A DNA stretch of 61,786 bases, counting the filler, from Platydemus manokwari (lineage: Eukaryota): assembly GCA_037951405.1 (NCBI GenBank). It is 5 parts of 5 records of this genome, joined end to end, with 100 filler letters (N's around TTAATTAATTAA, not from the genome) between each part and the next. Parts side by side here need not be neighbours in the genome. Positions count along the whole stretch, not along the records: positions 49,248 to 61,786 come from JBBMOY010088899.1; 4 more parts are not named here. One strand, given 5' to 3'. The notes beneath the pieces are model-generated. The model was given only the letters and a program-made list of their open reading frames with translations. It was not told the DNA's origin and searched no databases. Shown piece by piece: positions 51,361 through 61,786 of the stretch; position 1 is the first letter of the stretch, and each line of letters starts with the position of its first letter. The translations under genes were made by a program, and so were the position numbers.

Positions 51361-51598
51361 TGTGCCCTTGATTATGAAAGTGGCATAAGTCATATATTTC
51401 TTGTTTGGAGATATTAAGGGATTTCCATGTTAAAGAATGAAAAAATATTTGTGTATTATGGAATGAAATATTTTCACAATTAATTAGCGCCGGTAAATCA
51501 ACATTTAATATGATTGTGAAATTTATTACCATTTTTAAATGGAAATTTGGTTTTGAAAGGTTGAAATGACTTATACCACTTTCATAATCAAGGGCTCA
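51361..51598. mobile_element. MITE with ~33-bp TIRs
   Basis: TGTGCCCTTGATTATGAAAGTGGCATAAGTCAT ... ATGACTTATACCACTTTCATAATCAAGGGCTCA. A second copy lies at the window end. Confidence 0.8.
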
Positions 51599-52440
51599 AT
51601 TGTAAGATGCCTTGCGGACAAGATTATCAATAATTCAAAATAATACAACTCAGATTGTCAAAATTAGAAGAATAAATAGAAATTCATCTTTCGATCTATT
51701 GATTCATTCAATACATGATTTGCTGTATTATGATGAAGATATTGATTGTAATAGTTGATATTGATGATGAAATATTTGATTATATCACAATCTGATATTT
51801 ATTTCTATAATAAATAAATATTATTATTTCATTTATGATTTTGACAAATGATTATCAAGTCTATTAGCAGGTAATCTGAAATAATGGAATCTTATTTATA
51901 AAAATATATTGTTTGCCCTATTGAACGAGTATAGAAGAGGAAATATTGTAAATCAAAAGAAATAATAAATTCCGAAATATGAAAATTAATTTTTGAAAGA
52001 AAAATATGAAATAATTGATCTGAACAGATATGATTAATATGATCAAAACCATGACGTCATCAACACCATAATATAGACCCACACGTCTTGTATTATTTAT
52101 ATATAATATCTATTGAAGAAATTAGTACAATAATTATAATTACAATCGGCATTATTATTATTTTTATTTGTTATGAATTGATGACATTATTTCTGATCAA
52201 TGAATATAATAGACACATGAGATCATATCTTTGTTTTTGTTATTTTTAGTATCAAATTATGATAATCAATATTGTGGAATTATTCAATTTCGTAACTGAA
52301 ATCATTATCATAAATTAAATGGGCATAATTCCTATTATTTATTTATTATTGCATTATTTATAAAGGATTATCGAAATCTGTTAAAATCACCCTGTTCATT
52401 GCCAGAAAAATAGTGATATTAACCGAAAATTGATATTAGA

Positions 52441-52572
52441 CAAGTATTGATATCGATCGAATATTATTAATATTAATAGAAGGTGATCTTAATATTAAAC
52501 AAGTATTGATATTGATCGAATATTATTAATATTAATAGAAGGTGATCTTAATATTAAACAAGTATTGATATT
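52441..52572. repeat. 59-bp tandem repeat, about 2.2 copies, within a GATATT-rich degenerate array
   Basis: CAAGTATTGATA recurs at 52441, 52500 and 52559. Confidence 0.85.
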
Positions 52573-53423
52573 AATGTACGTGATATTGATCGAATATTTA
52601 TAATGATGGATGTAATATTGACTGAATATTGATATTAAATAAGTATTTATATTAAGACTGATTATATTGACTGGATATTGATATTAACGGAATTGGTATC
52701 GACACAAATATCGATATCAAACGAGTATTGCCATAAAGTGAGGTGACCGAGTTCTACTGTATGTATATATGTAGTAAATCCTTCAATAATAATTCGCACA
52801 AATTGCATAACAAAACTTCTATCAACCAATAATTGAAGTGGAAAATATCATAAATTGATGTTCTTTCAATACCCAGATATATACTATTATATTTTACCAA
52901 GGATAATGGATGATCGGATCAAAATTATGGACAAATGATAAAATATCAGATTAATTATCAAATGATATTATTTTCCAAAAGTAAAATATATCGAAAAATG
53001 AGGATTTCCTTGCACCAGAAGTAGCTCTTTGTCAGACAGTTGATGTGTTAGAAAGTAACAGATAATCTATTTTTATCGATTTATTAATTTCCCTGCCTAT
53101 TTCTTATAGATATGCTTTGAGATTGACATTTTCACACCATTAATTATCGGGATTTCCATTAATATGTCATTGATACGATTGACCAACAATCTATTTATTA
53201 CTCGACCGAACACTACTACACGGACACCAATGAAACAACCTTGTAGATGTTATGTTAGAACCAAGAATTTGAGATGAAATTGCTTATAGTTTTGAAAACA
53301 TATGAGAAAAATGCTAAAATGATCGAATAATTAATAATATATATATAGTCTAAAGATTGATAATATCGATGAAGAATAGAGGAAAATTTAGTGAAGAGTA
53401 AAGATTAATAACAAGAAAAATCA

Positions 53424-53600
53424 CGAAAAAGATCGGATAGTAAATGATAAGTAACCATGGTAATGCGAGGAATATTGGAAGAGCGAAAAAGATCGGATAG
53501 TAAATGATAAGTAACCGTGGTAATGCGAGGAATATTGGAAGAGCGAAAAAGATCGGATAGTAAATGATAAGTAACCATGGTAATGCGAGGAATATTGGAA
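53424..53600. repeat. 60-bp tandem repeat, about 3 near-identical copies
   Basis: Unit CGAAAAAGATCGGATAGTAAATGATAAGTAACC(A/G)TGGTAATGCGAGGAATATTGGAAGAG. Confidence 0.92.
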
Positions 53601-56600
53601 TAGCAGATGTAGGCATACAGCATTAATAATCCAGCACTTTGATTTGAATGAGTTAATTATTAAATTTATGGATAAATCCAGAGGAAATTGTTGTCGTTAA
53701 AATGTAAATTACCCAATATAAACATCTGAATAGATAAGATTAGATGTTATAATGGAATATTGATATTATGAGTGTAATGATAACATAAATGATTACTTAA
53801 TATGTAATTTATGAAAACAAATGTTTAATGAAATAAAGAAATATATTTATCAAGATATCTCATTTTTAATGTCAAATATGCGATTATCAAAAGTCTTGAA
53901 TTTAAAAGAATAATTGTGACAAAATATTTAAATATCTGAATATGAACAAATTTAATCATATAAATAAATGTGTTAAAAATTCATTCAGATTAATCAATTT
54001 ACAAGACTTACGTTCCATTAAGTGGGAAAAATCTCATAATAACAGCAGACATCCGATAATCATGATACTCTTCCTTTTTAAGCATGCATTTCGTGGTTGA
54101 TGCTTCCTATGATTATGAAAATAATACAAAAAATATCCAAATTAAACATTATAATACCACGTATGAAGTAATGCTGCCTGTCGATGATAAATCTAAGGTA
54201 AATCCAAACTAAAAGTCAATAGTTTAAAATGCATTTAGTCTAAAAAAATTAACATACTATAAAATTAGGGTCTTTAGGAAGGTCAAGCTTTTTTATGGAC
54301 AAATACAAATATCCATTAGGATAATACCCGAAATGACTTAACAAGATGGATTGTCTGTTGTCATTCTATAAAAGACATAAATACCTAAATATTTTTAAAA
54401 AAATGTACCTTAATTGTAATGTCATGATTTCTGCAAAAAATAACACTGATATTTATTAGAGATAATAAGAAGTAGATTTTGAGAACACTATACATTTAAA
54501 AATTTTGAAAAGTTTACAAGTCTTTTATGAAAGTGAAGTATTAAAACAGAAATGAATAAAACTGTATTTTATTTAAACATTGTCTAATATTATTATAAAT
54601 ACTTTAGTTGATAATTTATTTAGTTAAATTGATTTTAGCTAAATGGCTTCGAATTAATAGTAATTATCAACGGTTTTTACTTAATAAAATTGATAAATTA
54701 ATGACTTTAAATATTATCACTTCAAAATTACTATTTTGATGTTTAAATTCTAAAAAATCAGCAATATTAGGCAAATTCAAAGTCTGTAAATTTAACATTT
54801 ATTTTCGCATTAAAAATATTATTTTTTTACAAGTTCGATTATTTCATTGAATAATTTAATTAATATAATTTTATTGAACAAATGTGTGGAGCATGAGACA
54901 TAAATGTACCTACATAAACCATCAGAATAACCCTTAAAGTGTTGTTACCCACAAGCGCGACAATCATAAGGACCAGTATAAAGTTATGGATCATCAAATA
55001 ATTAATCTCTAATTTTATTTTGATTTTCAATTGACACACACTACCAGAATGTAAAGATCATTGACGTTCATAGACAGGCCAATAAATTAGACTTCGGAAG
55101 GATTTAATTAAAAGAAAGGTGTAAGATAACAAACCAGTGTACACGTCTCTGTGTCTGACAGACAATCGCAGTCTTCTTCATAGTGTTGGGTATAAAACAA
55201 AACTTCTGACTCCCATTTAATGTATATTAATCAATCTACAACTACAACAACCAACGTGCAACCACAATAATCAATATACAAGTACAGTATATTCACCCAA
55301 ATCTAGCTTCCAACTGGCAGTTGTCCATCTTTACATTTCTTTTTATACTCGTGGTCTGAGTGTATTTCTCTGTGTCATGTTGTACTACAACGTGATTTGG
55401 TATTTGTGTTGGGATCCCCACTCCTCACAATCCATGCACATAATATCCAACAAAATACGCCTAATAAAATAACATACAGCATGCAGAACACACAAGCCTT
55501 TAACTATGGAAGTCGAGATCCCAAATCAAATTCAAAAAATCACAAATTCAAATGCAGTTCTGATTCTTCAATCCAATCGAATCTAAAATAAAAGGAACTA
55601 TTGAAAATTATTTCGGGGATTTTAAGTCACAGGCGCAAACTAGTCAATAAGAGGAGCAGATATTAAATCGACAAAGGAGCTATTGGAAATTATTTCAAGG
55701 AATTATTGGAATCATTGAGAAGTAGTAAGAGCTAGTTCATTTTGTAGTTTTTTTCAATTTCATTAAATCATCTTTTAATTAATCGTAACGTTAATTTCAT
55801 GATAACATATATTTATAATAATCATTAATAAAATAATATTATTGCCAATTTCTCATCTCCACCGCGCATCTTTCTTTCGTCCGCTTCGGATTTTTCGCTG
55901 GCTACTTGTTGAGGCAACGTGCCGGCTATTTGACAACCTTTTTATTGTTCACGGTTTCGGTCGTTTATTGTTCCTTTTTGATTCAGTAAATAAATATTAT
56001 TAACACTATTATTGCTTTTTGATAATTACACTTTAACAATTTTATCGACAACTTGAGGGTTAAAATAAACTCAGTTGTGATTTTGCGGATAATAGTTTGC
56101 TTATAGCTACTCCACGTCGAGAGAATAATGGATTAAATTTTACAGGCTCAAAAAGGTGTCATCGTCAAAGGATTCAGTCAACGTCTGACCTTTAGAGAGC
56201 ACTAACATTAATTTTCCAATAACGTGGTCATCATACCCGTTGTTGAAGCACCTTAGGACCAGACGAAATCAAATCACTCACACCAAATAACATTTCATTT
56301 AATATTTGTCTTTCTGGGTTCTTATTGGATTTTAAGGTTTTTACATGAATGGGATTGGTCAATCCCTAGATGTATGTTTTTTGTAGTTATGCCTTTTTCC
56401 CCGGAATCGTCAAAGAACTAAATAAATTACTTGCGAAGGTCAGAACGAAGCCATTTCAAATATGTTTTTCAGAAGCAATTAGACGGAATAAATCTTTCAA
56501 CCCACAAGAGGAGCGTTGCGGATTATCGCCGATATACTTTTTTTCAAGCGCAAATTAGAGTAACAGTAAGGGTTCATTTATTTTTGTATATCTTTTCTCA

Positions 56601-57499
56601 TTCATCATTATAAAGTAATTAGTTAATATAATTTAGTCATTTGTTCACCAGTGTCAATAATTAAAATCCTCTATTTAAACTAAACTCTGCTTCGTCCGTC
56701 TTATGGATTTGCTGGTTACTTGCTGAGGCAAGGTATTGGCTATTTTGCACATTCTCTATTAGTCATTCTTGTTTTTCTCAAATAAATTTTAATCATTGAA
56801 TCAAGTGCATTTTATCATAATAAAGTTTATAACTGATATTGAATTTTCCACGCAAATAACTTGAAAGTGCGTGTCAAGGGTCAAAGCATAATACCGATAA
56901 GCCTAGGGTGTTACATTTGTGATAATATCAGTTCGTTCCAAATTTTAGTCACTTATCTAACGCAATTAAATCTTATTCAGGCTCAGCGCAGTCCCAGTTC
57001 TTCTGTGAAAAATTTTTAGAATTTGTTTTGTCATATCAAAATTAAAATTGTTCAATCGACCTCAAAATCATAAGAGAATTCAATCAAAATCTATAAATAG
57101 AAGTCGACTGATGTCCAAAAATAGCAAAATCACAAAATTTACTAAAAATGACTACTGCAACTAAAAATAGTAGCTAGTGCATAACATACACTCAAAATAG
57201 TAGCACATGCTACTAAGCATAGAATGTCACTATAAATATCGACATGACGTATAAACTAGAATAGAATATCATATATAAATTATCAATATTTTAACAATTT
57301 AGTGAGCCCGAAGTGATTCTGAAGCTTCTGACATAGTTTTAAATTTAATTGATATATTATTGCAAACTATTTTATTATAAATTACTGTATCTAATGAAAC
57401 TAATAAAGTGCCTTTGGTGTGAATAATACCTACAGAAGATGACAGATTTATAAAAATCCTTGTTAAACCTTTACAAAAATGACTATTATCGACTCTCCA

Positions 57500-57900
57500 A
57501 TGTGCACGTATGAGTCAAGAAGAAGGGGATATGATCTCTTATTTTGAAAATAACTAAAGCAAAATTCGACCGCGCAAGTGTTCTCAGTGCCTAGATCACA
57601 TCACGCAATGTGAAGTTATCTACTGAAGTCTGTAATAATGTATTTGTTCAATGAAAATAAAAGGGTAGACAGAGAAGTCTCCTTCACGACCAAAGTTGAA
57701 AAAAGGCTAGGGAAATCTATAACTCATGATGGACAAATTAAACCCAATAGAACATGCACAGTTAGAGTCTAATTCAGACAAGGGAACACACTCTTATCAT
57801 GTTACAGATATTGGAGACTACACAGTTAAAAGGTTTAATATAAAACCTGGGGTAGATGCCCAAATTGATGAAGCAGTCTTAATAAATTAAGCGAAACAGA
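57500..57900 (+). mobile_element. Highly degenerate LTR-retrotransposon pol remnant (Gypsy-like)
   Basis: LGKSITHDGQIKPN at ~57707 resembles the RT C-terminal LGH.IS.DGIKP motif. FNIKPGVDAQIDEA at ~57833 resembles the RNase H end motif. Many stops. Confidence 0.3.
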
Positions 57901-59281
57901 ACACCTATGATGTGCCTTTATTAAACGAATACGTTTTAACCCAAATAACGAAACAGCATGGTGTTAAAGACTTTCATAATTCTTCTAAGTTGGTTGATAA
58001 CATAAGATACGAGTCAACAATTTATGAAGATATAATGATTAACTTGTATATTTATATAAAAAGGATAATTTTAAAATATTTAACTTATATGGACTCTAAC
58101 AGCAAAGATTGTTGTTGCAAAAAAATCATCGGGTTATAATAATTAAAAAAGGTATTTAAAATATATATATATATAAAATATAAAATAACATAATAAAGAT
58201 GAAAACAGAACCAACCATAAAGTTAAGGTTGATAAATTCAAGAGAAAAACTGATATATCAAGCTCTTAATCAGAAAGGATAAGGATCAGCGCCACAACAA
58301 AAAGCCGTTCCTCAGCATTATTCATTCAAGGCATTGCAGCAACACTGTTGGTCTACATCCACAGAACCTTTTGAATTACACCGAATATCATTAAATGATA
58401 TAGGATACAAGGATACTCAGAAATTAATTCTTATGGAGCTCAACCGACATACAGTTTTTGCCATAATATACACGAGAGCAGATTCAACGATTATCCTCTC
58501 ATGAGTGATTAATATGTATGAACTATAAAAAATGATTAAACGCACATCACAGTTAATTAAATAAATGGTAGTTCGTTACCCCTACTTGGGGTAATGAATT
58601 TCAAAATATGCCACCAAACATTACCAATCTCTGTCCATATGACTGCATAGTTAGAAAAGTCGTACTGAGACAATTTAAAGATATCGCTAATGAATGTACC
58701 AAAGGAATCTTAGTTAAACTATGCAGAGATAAACATGAGTTTGGAAATCAAGCTTATATAGAGAAAAAAAGCTTTGGATTGGATCTAATTAAATCCGAAT
58801 CACTTTTGGAGATTCTGAGATAACGTAAAGTTGTTTTGTAAAACAATCATTTAAAATCACAACTAGTGCACAAATCGTTTTAAAAATATCAGTAAACGAT
58901 TGAGACTAGTCGTACTGGTACATATCATAATTTACATGTAAAATTTAAAAAATTATATTGATTAACCGTCTAACTAATCTGTTTGTTGCGATCATTTAAA
59001 TGATTTTTAAAGTTTCTAAAATGGCCATTGATTCAATTTCAAAGTATTTGATATATTATAAATCCTAATATTTCCATAATTTTAATAATAATTTAAATAT
59101 AAAACTTAAAGTATATAGACAAGACTTTTATTACTATATATTAAATAATTTTGAAAATTAATATATTATTTAAGTAAGTTTTTTAAAATTATAATTATTT
59201 CTTTGTGCGATTTCTGAAATTATCACATTTTGTTTCAATAAACGCTATCTGCTTAATTTAAATTTCAATCTAAATTTAATA

Positions 59282-60873
59282 ATGTCTATTGAAACGTATG
59301 ACGATATTCTCGATGAACACAAAATTTGGAAAAGTAATTCACCTCTAATTTACAATTTGGCTGATTTTCAAACTCTGGATTGGCCTAGCTTAACTTGCCA
59401 GTGGCTTCCTTGCGAAAGACAGTAAGGCATTTCATTATTTAATCAATCATTAGTCGAATTAGAAGTAATCCTAAAGTTTCGAGATTAATTCTTGGAACTC
59501 ACACAAAAGACGAGGAAAATAAACTAATAATATCCGAGTACGCAATCGAAGACAATAAGGATGATTTACAGTTGCAAATCAATGGTTAAATAATTGAAAT
59601 TTTTAAAATATTAAATACATTATTGATAGAACCAAATAATAATTTGAAATGTTCTCTCAAAGGAAGATTTCAAACAATCAAAATGTTTGATCACAAAGGC
59701 GAGGTTAATAGAGCTCGATATATGCCACAAAATCCAACCTTGATTGCAACTCGTTCATCAGAAAACGAATCATTTATCTATGACAAAGAAAAATGTATTT
59801 TAACATTGCAAGGTCATTCTGCTGAAGGTTATGGTTTGTCTTGGAGTGTTTTTAATGAAGGACGTTTGTTAACTGGATCATTTGATAAAGTTGGTTTGTT
59901 GTTTATTTTTGATTTATCAATTGAGCGGATCAGTTAAAATAGTTATGAATAAATATTTATAAAAATTATTGATTTCACAGGGTTTATTGGATAAAAATGT
60001 TTCAATTACATATTTGTTGATCAAGACATGTAATGATCACCAAGAATGATTTGTTTCAATCACCTTGTATTCTCTTTTGAAATTATCAATATTAATTATA
60101 AAATTTAATATTTATAATACGTTATAACAATGATAATTTATAACAATAGAATAATAATTTGAAAATATTTTGCAGAAAATTATATCTTGGGATATCCAAC
60201 GATCTGAGGCCGGTATTGCCACACCCGTCCATGTCATGAACGGTCACAGCGATAAAGTTGAAGATGTTTCATGGCATCCGTTAGATCCGAATACGTTTGC
60301 GTCTGTCGGTGATGACAAACAGTTACTGGTTTGGGATTATCGTAACACTGGTGCAGCTCAATTGCGTACCGTTGCTCATAGTGACGAGGCCAATTGTGTC
60401 AGTTGGCATCCAGTCACGGATCATTTATTATTGACAGGAGGCAGTGATGAATTAGTACATTTGTGGGATCGACGAAAGCTGGTCAATTATGTTTACGCAT
60501 TCGAAACCGGTTCACCAGTTTATCGTGTTGCTTGGTCTCCAATGCAGGAAACATTATTCTTGTCCGCTGGTTTGCAGCACAGAATACACGTTTGGGATAT
60601 TGAAAAGATTGGCGATGAGGTTTTTTCGCATGACGAAGAGGATCTGTCACCACCGGAACTGGCATTGATCCATTCTGGACATACGGATGCTGTAACTGAT
60701 ATCGATTGGCATCCTCATTTGAAATCAACTGTTGCATCGGTATCGGAGGACAATATATTGAATGTTTGGCAAATTGTTAGTGGTTATTGTTGCTATGATA
60801 CTGGTATTGGTGTTAGATAATTATTGATTGGTATTTGTTTTTGCAGAACAATTCGATACTCGATGATGACTGA
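59282..60873 (+). CDS. RBBP4: RBBP4/RBBP7 (RbAp48/46, p55, MSI1/Hat2)-like WD40 histone chaperone, divergent (385 aa)
   Basis: Exons 59282-59421, 59454-59584, 59630-59889, 60176-60775 and 60847-60873 splice into an open frame. Motifs: EHKIWKSNSPLIY, LDWPSLTCQWLP, RLILGTHT, HKGEVNRARYMPQNP, GHSAEGYGLSW, VEDVSWH, PPELALIHSGHT, SVSEDNILNVWQI. Confidence 0.9.
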
Positions 60874-60964
60874 AATTGCCCGGCCAGCCAATTATTAGCT
60901 TGCATTTATAGATGTTCTATAATAAATATTAGCTTTGTTTTTCTGTTTGGTGATATCTTTTGAT

Positions 60965-61195
60965 TGTATGTATGTGTGTGTGGATATTTATGGATTGTAC
61001 ATTTGATATTGATGTGACGGTGTGTGTGTGTGTGTGTGGATATTTATGGATTGTACATTTGATATTGATGTGACGGTGTGTGTGTGTGTGGATATTTATG
61101 GATTGTACATGTGATATTGATGTGATGGTGTGTGTGTATGGGTATTTATAGATTGTGTTTGCGACATTGGTGTGATTGTGTGTGTGTGCATTTAT
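60965..61195. repeat. Minisatellite: ~50-56 bp unit containing a variable (TG)n tract, 4-5 copies degrading 3'
   Basis: GGATATTTATGGATTGTACATTTGATATTGATGTGACG followed by (TG)n, repeated. Confidence 0.88.
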
Positions 61196-61650
61196 ATAGA
61201 TTGTGATATTGGTTGTGTGAATATCAATGGATTCTGATATTGTTTTATTTAAATTTAAAATATAGTAATATTATTAGTGATATTTTACGTTTGTTTGTCA
61301 TTGTATTATGTTGTATTGAAAATAAGGATCATTTTAACTAATAGTGTATCATGGACGAATAAATTTGATATTTATCGATAAAAATTATTGAAATAATGTC
61401 TATTGATCTTTAACTGACGTATTTTTCTGAAGTTAGCTAGGATGATGTGTAAAAATGAAAACAATGAAATATCGATTAAAGATTAGACTAGCCAAACAAA
61501 ATAAATTTAGAGATTGATTTCTTATTTTTGTTTTGATGTCATTTTGAATATTTGTAAATAAATAATTGAATTTGAAAAATTATCATTAATAAACTTATTG
61601 GAATTCGAGGTTATTTGAGATAAAAATGTCTGTGTCGATATTCTGATCGA

Positions 61651-61786
61651 TTGATTATAAAAGTGGTATAAGTCATTTCAACATTTCAAAACCAAATTTC
61701 CATTTAAATATGGTAATAAATTTCACAATCATATTAAATGCTGATTTACCGGCGCTAATTAATTGTCAAAATATTTCATTCCATAA
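61651..61786 (-). mobile_element. Partial second copy of the 51361-51598 MITE in opposite orientation, cut by the window end
   Basis: Near-identical reverse complement of ~51457-51592, including GATTTACCGGCGCTAATTAATTG. Confidence 0.85.

Noticed and set aside
53424-53600. Possible CRISPR array
   Set aside because: Head-to-tail tandem units with no unique spacers.
27443-60873. Apparent chromatin-gene cluster (trr, XPF, RBBP4)
   Set aside because: RBBP4 lies on a different contig separated by artificial linkers. Only the trr-XPF adjacency is real, and it has no evident functional meaning.
60965-61195. CRISPR-like repeat-spacer appearance
   Set aside because: The apparent spacers are only (TG)n tracts of varying length. 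The context is eukaryotic and there are no cas genes.

Overview
AT-rich eukaryotic (animal) genomic DNA with short GT-AG introns of about 45-65 bp. The composition and gene style are consistent with a planarian-type flatworm, but that is inference only. The window is not one locus. It is five contigs of about 11.6-12.7 kb joined by artificial 100-bp linkers (N44-TTAATTAATTAA-N44), so gene adjacency across linkers should not be trusted. Recognisable genes: a 5'-truncated, intronless innexin fused in frame to a Ulp1/C48 SUMO-protease-like domain that lacks the catalytic His (the most unusual object in the window); REEP5/DP1/Yop1; two paralogues of a secreted PAN/apple-domain protein (one intact, one frameshifted); a calmodulin/myosin-light-chain-like EF-hand gene; an intronless 1533-aa Trr-type KMT2C/D (MLL3/4) H3K4 methyltransferase; the 3' part of ERCC4/XPF; a minus-strand cluster of unassigned, partly disrupted multi-pass membrane-protein genes; a CRAL-TRIO gene truncated at its 3' end; and a divergent RBBP4/7-like WD40 gene. 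Mariner/Tc1 ends sit at contig breaks, and there are several MITEs, minisatellites and degenerate transposon remnants. I found no CRISPR arrays, rRNA or tRNA genes.
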